A stretch of DNA of 64,000 nucleotides from Deltaproteobacteria bacterium (GCA_947475005.1 CANJLI010000001.1:5010-69009), one strand, 5' to 3'. Positions 38,620 to 48,732 are shown, counted from the first letter of the stretch. Numbers and translations are program-made. Notes: generated by a model not told the origin, from the letters alone.

Positions 38620-39783
38620 ATGAACATCCATGAATACCAGGCCAAACAGCTTTTTCAGCTCAATCAGCTTCCGATACCAAACGGATTTCTAGCCTCCTCT
38701 CCCATTGAAGCGGAGTTTGCCTACCGACGCCTCAAAAGCGCGGTAGCGGTGGTAAAAGCTCAAATCCACGCAGGTGGCCGCGGAAAAGCGGGCGGCGTGA
38801 AATTGGTTAAATCCCCAGAAGCCTGTTTTCAAACCGCCAAAGAAATGCTGGGCACCACCCTCGTCACCCATCAAACGGGGCCCGAAGGTAAAAAAGTCCA
38901 TCACGTATATGTGGAATCGGGAAGTGACATCGACAAGGAATACTACCTGGCTTTGTTACTCGATCGAGAGACTGCAAACATTGCCCTGATGTTTTCCCAA
39001 GCGGGCGGCATGGACATCGAAGAAGTCGCAGAGAAAACCCCAGAAAAACTCATCACCCTGCAAATCGATCCCACATTGGGACTAAAGCCCCATCTCCTAC
39101 GCTCTCTGGCACACCTCGCGCAACTGCCCGAAGGCGAGACGAAGCAGCTCCTGTCCATCGTGGAAAAACTCTATCGTATGTTTCTCAAATACGACTTCTC
39201 CTTGCTCGAGATCAATCCTTTGATCGTGACCAAGAAAGGAGACATGCTGGCCCTCGATGGCAAGATGTCGTTTGACGACAATGCCCTATATCGGCATCCT
39301 GAAATTCAAAATATGCGAGACCTCAAGGAAGAGGACGAACGAGAAATCGAAGCGTCTAAGCTTGGATTGAGCTACATCGGATTGGATGGCAACATCGGGT
39401 GCATGGTAAACGGAGCTGGTTTGGCCATGGCAACCATGGACATCATCAAATATTCGGGTGGATACCCGGCCAACTTCTTGGACGTAGGCGGTGGTGCCAC
39501 GGAAGAAATGGTAAAGCATGCCTTTCGCATCATTTTGCAAGATGTGAAAGTAAAGGCCATCTTCGTGAACATCTTCGGTGGCATTATGCGATGCGATACC
39601 ATTGCCAAAGGCATCATCGGAGCCTCCAAAGAACTGAAGCTCCATGTGCCACTCGTCGTACGCCTTGAAGGCACCAACGTAGAAGCCGGTCGAAAAATGT
39701 TGAAAGAATCTGGACTCAACATTCTTGCAGCTGAAGACATGGCAGATGGCGCACGTAAGGTCGTTGCTGCCGCAAAGGGCTAG
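38620..39783 (+). CDS. sucC: Succinyl-CoA synthetase beta subunit
   Basis: [44 protein letters not shown]. Confidence 0.98.
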   Translation: MNIHEYQAKQLFQLNQLPIPNGFLASSPIEAEFAYRRLKSAVAVVKAQIHAGGRGKAGGVKLVKSPEACFQTAKEMLGTTLVTHQTGPEGKKVHHVYVESGSDIDKEYYLALLLDRETANIALMFSQAGGMDIEEVAEKTPEKLITLQIDPTLGLKPHLLRSLAHLAQLPEGETKQLLSIVEKLYRMFLKYDFSLLEINPLIVTKKGDMLALDGKMSFDDNALYRHPEIQNMRDLKEEDEREIEASKLGLSYIGLDGNIGCMVNGAGLAMATMDIIKYSGGYPANFLDVGGGATEEMVKHAFRIILQDVKVKAIFVNIFGGIMRCDTIAKGIIGASKELKLHVPLVVRLEGTNVEAGRKMLKESGLNILAAEDMADGARKVVAAAKG

Positions 39784-39823
39784 TCGCCTCGATTCATCTT
39801 TTCACTTAAATAAGGATTTGACT

Positions 39824-40699
39824 GTGGCCATATTTGTAAATGAAAAAACCCGTGTGATCACCCAAGGCATTACCGGAAAATCGGGGATGTTTCATACCCA
39901 ACTTTCTCACGAGTATGCCCCTCGATTTGTAGGGGGGGTTACCCCTGGCAAAGGAGGCACGACTACCTGTGAGTTACCGGTGTTTGACACCGTGAAAGAA
40001 GCGAAAGAAAAAACAGGGTGCAATGCCACCATGATCTTCGTGCCACCTCCCTTTGCTGCAGATGCGATCCTCGAAGCCATCGCAGCGGAGATCGAACTCA
40101 TCGTGTGCATCACCGAAGGCATCCCGGTTCTCGATATGATCCCCGTAAAAAAAGCCTTGGAAAATTGCAAAAGCAAGAGTCGACTCATCGGCCCCAACTG
40201 CCCGGGGATTATTACCCCTGGTGCCTGCAAGATCGGGATTATGCCCGGTTACATCCACAAAAAAGGGCAGGTAGGCATCGTCTCCAAATCGGGGACCCTC
40301 ACCTATGAGTCCGTGTGGCAAACCTCCCAAGCCGGCTTGGGGCAATCCACGTGCATCGGTATCGGAGGGGACCCCATTATCGGATCCACATTTACCGATA
40401 TCTTGGGATTTTTCGAAGAGGATCCCCAAACTGAATCCATCGTTCTCATTGGAGAAATCGGGGGAGATGCCGAAATCAAAGCCGCACAGTTCATCAAAGA
40501 TCACGTGCGCAAGCCGGTCTGTGCCTTCATCGCAGGACAAACCGCACCCGAGGGGAAACGCATGGGCCACGCCGGCGCTATCATTTCGGGGGGCAAAGGG
40601 ACCGCTGCAGAAAAAATCGATGCATTACGCGCAGCTGGGGTGGCAGTTGCCATGTCTCCCGCAGAAATCGGATCCACTCTCTTGCAAAAAATGCGCTGA
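39824..40699 (+). CDS. sucD: Succinyl-CoA synthetase alpha subunit
   Basis: GTG start; [32 protein letters not shown]. Confidence 0.97.
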   Translation: MAIFVNEKTRVITQGITGKSGMFHTQLSHEYAPRFVGGVTPGKGGTTTCELPVFDTVKEAKEKTGCNATMIFVPPPFAADAILEAIAAEIELIVCITEGIPVLDMIPVKKALENCKSKSRLIGPNCPGIITPGACKIGIMPGYIHKKGQVGIVSKSGTLTYESVWQTSQAGLGQSTCIGIGGDPIIGSTFTDILGFFEEDPQTESIVLIGEIGGDAEIKAAQFIKDHVRKPVCAFIAGQTAPEGKRMGHAGAIISGGKGTAAEKIDALRAAGVAVAMSPAEIGSTLLQKMR

Positions 40700-40734
40700 C
40701 GCGCTATTGCTTTCTTTTGTGGAACTAGCTTTGG

Positions 40735-41319
40735 TTTTCTAAGGGAAACCAGCTTTGGTTTTCTAAGGGAAACCAGCTGCGCAGTTTTCCCTTAAACCCT
40801 CCCTTGCTTCGCAAGGGGAGAGCGGTGGGGTTGCTTTCAGTTACCATGATAAATGCCAAGGCCGGCGCTCAGGCAGATTCTTCCCGACTCTCAAAATCGC
40901 AGAGCTAACCCTAGTCATAGAACTAAAAACCAGGCTGCGATTTGTGACCCGTCGGGATCCCTCTACCTGGCTGCCCTTGGCCCCCCTTTCATGGTAACTG
41001 AAAGCAATCCTACCGCTCTCTCCCGTAGCTACAAAGTCCTGGTAGCCGCGGAAGAGCGGGAATGTATTTCCAAATGGCGCGTCAAGGGCAGCCGCTTGGG
41101 GGGACCTGCCCGGGTCGAAAGCGCAGCGGACGTTCTCGCTTCTCTGACGGGGGTTACCTCTGCGATTGAGAGAGGGTGGGAGGCCCCGAGCGAGCGCCGG
41201 CCTTGACGTGCCATTTGGAAAAACATCCCCGCTCTTCCAGTGCGTGGCAAGGAAGGGTTTAAGGGAAAACTGCGCAGCTGGTTTCCCTTAGAAAACCAAA
41301 GCTGGTTTCCCTTAGAAAA
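40735..41319. mobile_element. MITE-like non-coding element (~585 bp) with 66-bp perfect terminal inverted repeats
   Basis: 40735-40800 is the exact reverse complement of 41254-41319; further internal inverted repeats; no credible ORF. Confidence 0.7.
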
Positions 41320-41356
41320 AAGAAAAAAAGAAACAACCATAGTATAATGGTGAAGT

Positions 41357-41758
41357 ATGCTAGGCATTCGTTTTTATAAAAACCAGGCTTTTGATGTGTG
41401 GCAAGGGGATTTTTCCCACTTTGCCTGTGATGCCCTGGTGCTATCGGATGCAGAGCTTGTGAAAGCAGGCTATGCACCAGCCGGACAGATTTTGCGAGCG
41501 GAGGCTCATGCACCTTGGGAGATTTTCTTAACTGCAGCAATGGAAACCCCTCACCATGTAGGGATTTCATACCAAGCCTGCGGGGGAGAGCCTGAGAAAG
41601 TAGCTGCAACTGTGGCCCATTTGAAACCGTACTGCGAGAAAAAAATGCTGGCTCACATCATACGTGTAACGTTTATCGTGCAGTCTGCTGTTGAATATCA
41701 GTGCGTGCAAGAGGCCCTCGAAACCCATTTTGCAGAAACTCCATCATGGCTATCCTAG
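41357..41758 (+). CDS. Small hypothetical protein, degenerate macrodomain-like N-terminus
   Basis: FDVWQGDFSHFACDALV resembles macrodomain xxGDIT...DAIV but lacks NAAN/GGG; overlaps the murB start. Confidence 0.5.
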   Translation: MLGIRFYKNQAFDVWQGDFSHFACDALVLSDAELVKAGYAPAGQILRAEAHAPWEIFLTAAMETPHHVGISYQACGGEPEKVAATVAHLKPYCEKKMLAHIIRVTFIVQSAVEYQCVQEALETHFAETPSWLS

Positions 41759-42735
41759 AAAACATTTCTCTAGCTCCCTACAGCGCCTTTGGGACCGGAG
41801 GTACCTGTCGGTACTTTTGGCAACCCGAGAGCATCGAAGAGATCGCAACTGAATTGCCCCGATTTGCGGGTACTCCCTTCTACCTCTTGGGCGCTGGCAG
41901 CAACTCTCTCGTGTCGGATACCCCTTGGCCTGGCATGGTAATGCAGTTTGGCAACCTCGCAACCTGCGAAGAAACCGAATCGGGATTTATTTGTGGAGCA
42001 GGAGTTTTAAACTCCGACCTTGCACAACGGGCTCGTGATCGCAGTCAGCAAGGGGCTGCCTGGATGTACCGTCTACCCGGGCAACTGGGGGCAACCATTC
42101 GTATGAATGCTCGCTGCTACGGAGGCGAGATCAGTCAATGTATCGATCAAGTAAAGACGGTAACCCCGAGTGGAGAGATCAAAACCTACGAGGTTACTAA
42201 CTCTACCCGCACGAATGTATTTCGTGGATACAAAGACACCATCTTCATGACCAACCAAGAGATCGTGGTGCAATGCAGTATCCGTTTGCAACCAGGCCCT
42301 CTGGAACCGATCGTCTCCCTGATGGAGAAGATTGAAAAAGACAGAGTCAGCAAAGGGCATTTTGATTTCCCTACCTGTGGGTGTGTATTTAAAAACGAGT
42401 ATGCCCCAGAGGTCTCTGTCTCCAGCGGACTCTTGCTGGAACTAGCAGGCAGCAAGTCCTTGCACAAACCAAGGGCCCGTGTGAGTGAGAAGCATGCAAA
42501 CTTTATCTTCAATCACAATGGGGCATCGAGCGAGGAAATTCTAGAGCTCTCCATCGAGATGCGAGAACGAGTCTGGAGTGAGTTTGGTGTGTGGCTTGCC
42601 TATGAGATGGAGCTGCTAGGGGACTTCCCAGCAGCGTTGCTCAAGCAGTTTCAGGAGCAACGCCCCCCTGCCTACCGACACGCTCGATTAGCGGAGGCTC
42701 GTGCTCGATTTCAATCCCAAGGCGGTCGCATCTGA
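41746..42735 (+). CDS. murB: UDP-N-acetylenolpyruvoylglucosamine reductase
   Basis: LGAGSN.LVSD, PG.LGA..MNA..YG, GCVFKN, SEKHANFI.N. Confidence 0.93.
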   Translation: MAILENISLAPYSAFGTGGTCRYFWQPESIEEIATELPRFAGTPFYLLGAGSNSLVSDTPWPGMVMQFGNLATCEETESGFICGAGVLNSDLAQRARDRSQQGAAWMYRLPGQLGATIRMNARCYGGEISQCIDQVKTVTPSGEIKTYEVTNSTRTNVFRGYKDTIFMTNQEIVVQCSIRLQPGPLEPIVSLMEKIEKDRVSKGHFDFPTCGCVFKNEYAPEVSVSSGLLLELAGSKSLHKPRARVSEKHANFIFNHNGASSEEILELSIEMRERVWSEFGVWLAYEMELLGDFPAALLKQFQEQRPPAYRHARLAEARARFQSQGGRI

Positions 42736-43938
42736 AGATGCGAGATAGGCTCGCAAGAGGAAGACAAATCCGCTTGCCGGGATTAAATACAAACCGATGT
42801 GTAGCATGCTCTGTTCCACAAAACCCACGCCATAGCAGAGCCCCAATCCCAACCAGCTAATCACATGCAGAACCACTAGGCCATTTTGGAGTCGGATCCA
42901 TCGGGTAGAAAACTTACGCCCGATAAAGAGAAGATCCACCGGCCAGAAAATCCATAGCACCGCAGAGAATTGAAAATATTCCCGTGTAGAAAGAAAGGTG
43001 ATAGCAAAAACCGTCATGCTCACCAAGAACGCAAAAATGCCCCACAGGTTTTGCGTGAGACAAAGAATGGCTCGAGCCAATTTGTCATAGCAAAGTCTTT
43101 TGCTCATCATCCCCAGGAAAGCAAGCAAAGCAACGAAAAGCAAAATCGCTTGGTAGCCACGCTCTCCCACACCATAGGGCACCGGATGTTTATAGAGTTG
43201 CACCGGGTGAGTCAACAGGTGCTCTGAAGAGAGTACACCCGCATCATCGATAGCAAACAGAGGATGCAGATACTGTCGAAAGAGCATGGGGGTAAATCGA
43301 AGGCCCCATCCGGTGAGAGGCTTGTCCGCTTTTCCATTGAGCACGAAATCTGCAGCAACAGCAAGCGCTGTAAAGCTTCCAAAGTAGGTCATCCATAGAC
43401 TTCGATAGGTAACTGATACCTTCTTGCCTTCGAGTTGAGCTGCAATCCCACCATCGGTAGCTTCATTCAACAACTCTGCCACGAGGGTCGAGCAGTTTTT
43501 GGACCATACATGGTATTGGTAGCGAGGATGCTGGAGCCAGTTCTCAATCAGTTGCAAAAGCTTTTTCTTCTGGAGCACGGTCAGCGTAATGCGATCTTGG
43601 AAGACATTCCTCGGATACGCTTGGATGTCTTTTTGAAACGCGGGAAACATAGGTTCCACAAGCAGATGGTACTCGCTGGTACCACGCATGAAGGACCAGA
43701 GAAAGAGAGGCTCATCTTCGGAAAAAGCCCCCCAATTGTACATCAGATCGGTATGGGCTACCGGATCGATAATACGCAGGAGGGTATGTCCGCCAGAGGT
43801 AAATAAATCATGGGAAGGGCCCATGGAAACCAAATGGACCTCCATGGATGTCATTTCTTTTGGCGAATAAGTCTTCCAATCGGCCTGGGCTAGCAGGGTG
43901 CACCCACTCAGCCATGCGAGCAGTAATACGCGAATCAC
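42688..43938 (-). CDS. DUF4105/Lnb-like membrane protein
   Basis: GHTLLRI.D...YNWG.F, Y.YH...NCST, four C-terminal TM segments. Confidence 0.8.
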   Translation of the reverse strand: MIRVLLLAWLSGCTLLAQADWKTYSPKEMTSMEVHLVSMGPSHDLFTSGGHTLLRIIDPVAHTDLMYNWGAFSEDEPLFLWSFMRGTSEYHLLVEPMFPAFQKDIQAYPRNVFQDRITLTVLQKKKLLQLIENWLQHPRYQYHVWSKNCSTLVAELLNEATDGGIAAQLEGKKVSVTYRSLWMTYFGSFTALAVAADFVLNGKADKPLTGWGLRFTPMLFRQYLHPLFAIDDAGVLSSEHLLTHPVQLYKHPVPYGVGERGYQAILLFVALLAFLGMMSKRLCYDKLARAILCLTQNLWGIFAFLVSMTVFAITFLSTREYFQFSAVLWIFWPVDLLFIGRKFSTRWIRLQNGLVVLHVISWLGLGLCYGVGFVEQSMLHIGLYLIPASGFVFLLRAYLASSDATALGLKSSTSLR

Positions 43939-43953
43939 TCTAAAAACCTCTGA

Positions 43954-44259
43954 TTATGGCGAATATGTTTGCTGAAAGGACAGGTCCACAGTCACATCAT
44001 CCTCTAAGACTCGACACTGGCAAGCCAACCGCACAGATCCCTCTGTGGAAAGCCCCAAGCGGGTGAGCAGCGCCCGCTCATCTTCGCCCATCGGAGAGAC
44101 CCGAGGTGCATTTGTGATGGAAATTCCACAAGTTCCGCACTGGCAAGCGCTGCATCCATAACGGATATCGACCCCGTTGCGGAGGGCAGCAGCTAGGATT
44201 TTGGTTCCGGAGGCGGCGGTTGCACATTTGCCCGTGGGCAAAAAGGTCACTGTAGCCAT
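43954..44259 (-). CDS. 2Fe-2S ferredoxin
   Basis: C-x4-C-x2-C (CSACQCGTC) plus RLACQ. Confidence 0.9.
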   Translation of the reverse strand: MATVTFLPTGKCATAASGTKILAAALRNGVDIRYGCSACQCGTCGISITNAPRVSPMGEDERALLTRLGLSTEGSVRLACQCRVLEDDVTVDLSFQQTYSP

Positions 44260-44466
44260 AAGGCGCCTCATGATGCGTGTTGCCTTATATGTACAGGAGT
44301 TGGGGGCGAATTGGCAAGCTGCTAGCTCTTTTTACCCCGCTGGATTTCGATGCTCTTGCTCTTGCAATTGCCAGTCGATCCACATTTTGATAACAACCAA
44401 TGCTGTTCGTTTAAGGCAAAAATTATTGCAGTGTAAGCTGTTTCAGCTTACATGGACGCCGCCCCT

Positions 44467-44697
44467 GTCATCCCAAGGCTGCGTAGCAGCCGTATGGGAT
44501 CTCGATAAAAACGCAGGGATCCCATACGGTCCCTTCGGGACCTTGGGATGACGGAAATTACACCACGGGACCTAGGGATGACGGAAATTACACCACGGGA
44601 CCTAGGGATGACGGAAATTACACCACGGGACCTTGGGATGACGGAAATTACACCACGGGACCTTGGGATGACGGAAATTACACCACGGGACCTAGGG
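44467..44697. repeat. Family B REP followed by five 30-bp tandem copies of its right arm plus tail
   Basis: CGGGACC(T/A variant)GGGATGACGGAAATTACACCA-type units at 44536, 44566, 44596, 44626 and 44656, with a partial copy at 44686. Confidence 0.92.
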
Positions 44698-45335
44698 TAA
44701 GGGACATTTACACAATTCCTTTTGTAAAGATTGAATAAAAATATTCATTCGTCTTCCCTTGTAGTAATTCAAATAATTCTGCAATTCTGCCACAGAAATA
44801 AAAGAAGTATCCGAGATACGTACGCTTTCATGCAACCATTCTAGAGGAGAATTTACTCGAATTTTTTGTGACCACACATAATCCAACAAGGCTTTTACTG
44901 GAGATGCGATAAGAAAGATATGCTCCCCCTCTTCAATTCGATGTACATCAAAAAAAGGGGCACGCATGGAATATGCTGAAAAGAAAAGATGCCCAATGGA
45001 GTCTGAAACTCAGTGGATCTTTTGGAGGTCATGCTGGTCGTCGTATAGACGCGCTCTGGAATGAGCCCCCAAAAAGAAAGAGCCGATTCACAACTAATGT
45101 AGGAGGGGCCGTAGATATGCTGAGCCAAGGCAAAAAGATGGGGGGAGGTCCTTCGGTGCTTCGGACCCAAGATATAAAGGCCCCGCCTGATTCCCTCAAT
45201 TTCGCCTGAGGCAATCGCCCGTTTCACTTGGCCATATCGACTGTCATCAGACCCTGGCTGCCAAATAGCAAGCTCACCGCTAGAAAAAAAATCCGACTTC
45301 GGATTTTCTTTAATAAAATCAGCATATCGGCCCAT
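44692..45335 (-). pseudogene. AbiEi-like type IV TA antitoxin, frameshifted near 44950-44965
   Basis: IRRGLY...YGPSYIS.ESALS.WGLIPE.V...TSMT..R...F.TPLG.F in one frame, FLIASP.KALLDY in another; T7 run at the junction. Confidence 0.78.
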
Positions 45336-45527
45336 TCCAGCCTCCATATAATACAAGAAACTGTCAATAAACGACAGTTTCTTGGTAATAATTCAGGTCC
45401 AGTCGGGTGCAATGGCATTCAAGCCCAGCATCTCCTCCATATAACTTCAACTTGTGCTTTATTCCCCCGCCTGGTAGCCCATAGCTTCAACCTTTAGATG
45501 GGATGGAGAAACGGCTTGAGTCAAAAT

Positions 45528-46577
45528 ATGACAAATAGATTTTATTTCTGGATCTTCTTACTATTGCAGACTTCCTGCGTAACTCCATCTACACGCATGG
45601 ATCCTGAGGAACAGAATAAGTTCGAAGAAAAATTAAGCATATTGGAACCATTCTTTGACACCGAAAATCAGTATAACTACTTATATCATTTTTCGAAAGG
45701 TGGACCTTATACACCTTATCAGTTTCCACTGAAACAAGATCAGGATGATTTTTCGTTTTATGTCCTTGGATTTTACTACGACTATTCTTGCAACAAACGA
45801 TCGGTTTTTCTCCAGGTACCAGCAAAGAAGCTGTATGATCGTTACGACAAAAAAGTATTTGAAGTCAAAAAAATCGGCGGGAGGTATGTATATTTCTCGA
45901 AAAACATGAATACCAGTAGCATCACGCTCCCAGAAATAGAATTTCCCCAAGTGAAGCCAATCCCTGTCTATCAAGAAACTCTAATTCCTACCTATAGACA
46001 GCTGCAAGTAAATGCTGCGGCTGATTTACTCGTGACAAAAAAGACATTATTTTTAACAGGCGCAGGTCTCTCATATGCCGAAATTCCAAATTTTGCACCT
46101 CTCGCAACAGAAATAAAAAAGCACACTACCGAAGAAGTTATCCTCAATCCCAGAATTATTTTAGATCGATTTGAAAGATGGTTTGATTATTTTTTCACAG
46201 CAAATCCTACAAAAGCACATAGAGCAATTACAAATATCTGTAGAAAAATTCAATGCGGGGTCATTACGGGTAACTTCGACATGCTTCAACAAAAAACGGG
46301 ATTAATTCCTTTTAGGATTCAAGGCCATCTCTTTCAAAAGTACAAAGAAGATTTTGACAGAAACGGTTCGAAGATTGAACTCTTATTTGTAGTCGGCATG
46401 AGTCACGATATACGAGGACAAATCGATGAATTCAGAAGAAAAAACCCTTCATTAAAGATATTGGCACTCTTGTATGATGAAAAAATTCCTTCGTATATTC
46501 AAAATGAGGATTACTTTCTATTTGGAGATGCAAATGAAATTCTGCCAAAATTATACCAGGAAATGATTTCTAAATAA
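45528..46577 (+). CDS. Putative lipoprotein with C-terminal sirtuin (SIR2)-like domain
   Basis: LLLQTSC lipobox-like; FLTGAGLS...IPNF, NPT.AH, ITGNFDML, VVGMS, GDANEILP. Confidence 0.75.
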   Translation: MTNRFYFWIFLLLQTSCVTPSTRMDPEEQNKFEEKLSILEPFFDTENQYNYLYHFSKGGPYTPYQFPLKQDQDDFSFYVLGFYYDYSCNKRSVFLQVPAKKLYDRYDKKVFEVKKIGGRYVYFSKNMNTSSITLPEIEFPQVKPIPVYQETLIPTYRQLQVNAAADLLVTKKTLFLTGAGLSYAEIPNFAPLATEIKKHTTEEVILNPRIILDRFERWFDYFFTANPTKAHRAITNICRKIQCGVITGNFDMLQQKTGLIPFRIQGHLFQKYKEDFDRNGSKIELLFVVGMSHDIRGQIDEFRRKNPSLKILALLYDEKIPSYIQNEDYFLFGDANEILPKLYQEMISK

Positions 46578-46586
46578 TCTCATCTC

Positions 46587-47465
46587 TCAGGGCTGCGCAG
46601 GACGAATCTGCGTAGGATCGATATTCCAACGACGGTTTTGAAATCCCACAAACCGATCCACAAAAGGCTGGGTCCTTTCAATAAATTGCTCTTCTGAAAT
46701 CAAGGCAGAGTGATTTGCTTCCTCCCACCTAAACTCTTGCACAGCAAACCCGAATTCCTCGATTGCAATAGCGAGCAATGCATTGATTTCTGGATACGTG
46801 ATACCAAACGTAGAAAGATTAAGTCCGATCTCAGAAAGGGCTTGCAGCGCCCACAATGCATATTGGAGCCTGCGAATGTGGATTTCAACAGACACCCCCC
46901 ACGAAATGGGGGCATTTACTTCTTGGTCTTCTTCGAAACTAATGGCTTTATAGAATCCCTCGGCAATAGCCTGCTCTTTGGTTATTACAGTTGGGATATC
47001 TACCGTACGATGGAGATTTAGACTATATACGTGAAGCACGTACACCATATATCGATTTAACTCTTTATTTCTTAGTAAGCCTTGAGTCTCTGGCTCGAAG
47101 CCCTCTTGATAGACTGCAGGATCTTTATAAAAATTTCGGATATGTTGGGCAATTTTAAAGAGTCGAGACAACTGAATGGGGATCGCAAGACCTTGGCAAA
47201 ATCGATACCGGATAAAAAATTCAATTGGCACAGCACTCAAGGTATCAGGGCGAATGGAAGACACGATACTTCCATCTTCACTTTGTACAACGATCTGTTC
47301 TTGCCTTTTAATCCGAGCATGTAACCTCTGCGCCTGTTCATAAACCGCCTTTTCTGATATAGACGGGCGCGTACAATCCGCAGAAAATGCGCTACCTCCG
47401 AAGGGTAAGAGAAAACTTGCAAGCACGCCACCCAAGCGAAATTGACGACCGACCCATTCTCTCAT
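46587..47465 (-). CDS. Hypothetical secreted protein
   Basis: Signal-like N-terminus ending AFSA; no family recognised. Confidence 0.6.
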   Translation of the reverse strand: MREWVGRQFRLGGVLASFLLPFGGSAFSADCTRPSISEKAVYEQAQRLHARIKRQEQIVVQSEDGSIVSSIRPDTLSAVPIEFFIRYRFCQGLAIPIQLSRLFKIAQHIRNFYKDPAVYQEGFEPETQGLLRNKELNRYMVYVLHVYSLNLHRTVDIPTVITKEQAIAEGFYKAISFEEDQEVNAPISWGVSVEIHIRRLQYALWALQALSEIGLNLSTFGITYPEINALLAIAIEEFGFAVQEFRWEEANHSALISEEQFIERTQPFVDRFVGFQNRRWNIDPTQIRPAQP

Positions 47466-47602
47466 CTCATCCCCCGCAGTATGGAGCTGGAACTTATGAT
47501 TGTCTCATAAGCCACTCTACATTGGCCGGTCGGTCAATTTCCAGGGTTTTGTACGATACTCTTCTGATTTTGTATTTAGTTATGGGTAACTCTACGTTTT
47601 AC

Positions 47603-47689
47603 GGGGACACCCGATGCGAGTGTCCCCGATGCAGTGCGGTAACAGGGACACTCGGGCGGGGTGTCCCCATAGAATTATGGAGTGTCCCG
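47603..47689. repeat. Family A REP cluster (two GGGACAC...GTGTCCCC hairpins plus AGAATTATGGAGTG tail)
   Basis: Shares hairpin and tail with 8693-8737. Confidence 0.8.
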
Positions 47690-47734
47690 ACTATCAAGTC
47701 GAAGACGGGCGCCTCCACTCTCGTAGAATACTAA

Positions 47735-48000
47735 AAAATGGCAGAGTTCCCCCCGAAGGGGGCCTTTAAGCTCCGGCCACTTAAGGTGAATTTGGGAAGT
47801 GTTGATCATAAGGAAAAGTCAGTACTTGCAGTCTAACAAAACAAGGCGGGTAGAAAATTATTGCAGCGGCTGAGCTTAAAGATACATGTAAGGAGGAGAC
47901 GGACCCCTCGTTGTAGATAGACCTCCAACCTAGGTTCTCTCGAACTTCTTGTGAGGCACTCTTGCACTCACGGCGGCGAACTCTGGTGGTCTATCTTCCG
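47735..48000 (-). ncRNA. Candidate structured non-coding RNA (family unknown)
   Basis: ORF-free region with several complementary segments, a terminal UUCG hairpin and U-tract on the minus strand, and TTGACA upstream. Confidence 0.35.
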
Positions 48001-48122
48001 AACTTACCTACTTTAGGCCCAAAATATTGTCAAGTTGTAAAAAATTTTTAAAAAAATATCAAAACGGCGTTTCATTCCAACCAATCTTGAAAGAAGTGGT
48101 TAAAATGCCGCCAGATTTAGGA

Positions 48123-48212
48123 AGGATGAGATCGGGGACAGCTACCGAATTAAGGAAGTTGGAGGAATTCCTCCAACTTCCTTAATTCGGTAGCTGTCCC
48201 CGATCTCATCCT
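48123..48212. repeat. Family A perfect 90-bp palindrome with no loop
   Basis: The 45-bp arms are exact reverse complements centred on GGAATTCC. Confidence 0.93.
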
Positions 48213-48238
48213 GAAGTAACAAGAATGTGGAGGAGAGC

Positions 48239-48442
48239 TTACTTCAGGCGGGTATCTTCCATGGCAGAGGTGACCATACCGATGAGCTGGCTGGACACGC
48301 CGATGATGTCTTTATGTTGGCATCCTTCGTCTTTCAAAGTTTGATAAATTGACTTCGCGAGCATGCGTACAGCCTTATCCGCCAATGGACTTTCTGGTTC
48401 AGATACGGCCAATGCCCTCTCTTCAGTTTTGAATGTCTTCAT
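48239..48442 (-). CDS. Small protein (67 aa) of unknown function
   Basis: GGAG RBS; amphipathic LAKSIY..L...G....II.VSSQLIG.VT, reminiscent of small myxobacterial proteins; sigma-54 promoter upstream. Confidence 0.7.
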   Translation of the reverse strand: MKTFKTEERALAVSEPESPLADKAVRMLAKSIYQTLKDEGCQHKDIIGVSSQLIGMVTSAMEDTRLK

Positions 48443-48531
48443 TCGTAATCTCCGCTATATTTTTCCACGTCGTTTTTCTAATTTTACCAAAATTCACTAT
48501 ATTGGGAAGAGAAGGCTCACCGCCTTGTTAA

Positions 48532-48547
48532 TGCAAAAATCGTGCCA
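48532..48547 (-). promoter_or_regulatory. Sigma-54 (-24/-12) promoter
   Basis: Minus strand TGGCACGATTTTTGCA matches the TGGCACG-N4-TTGCW consensus exactly. Confidence 0.85.
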
Positions 48548-48732
48548 ATAAACCCAAAAAGAAAAAGATTGTGCGTTAGACATAGAGGCCCCAATATACG
48601 GACGTTATTAGAAACCACCTGAAGGCTTCTTAGAGGAATTTCTGTATTTCTCTTGGTTTTCCAGGACTGTAGCAAAAAGAACACAGTGATCTCTCTGTTT
48701 TGTAGCAGATCAGCAACATAGGAGCCCCGGAC

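Noticed and set aside
40853-41367. ORFs inside the MITE-like element as a transposase
   Set aside because: No DDE or HUH motifs; the composition reflects inverted repeats.
44536-44697. Possible CRISPR array of 30-bp repeats
   Set aside because: Head-to-tail units without spacers, derived from the adjacent REP arm.
47735-48000. Retron msr-msd, RNase P RNA or tmRNA
   Set aside because: No reverse transcriptase in the window, and the conserved RNase P and tmRNA terminal motifs are not present.
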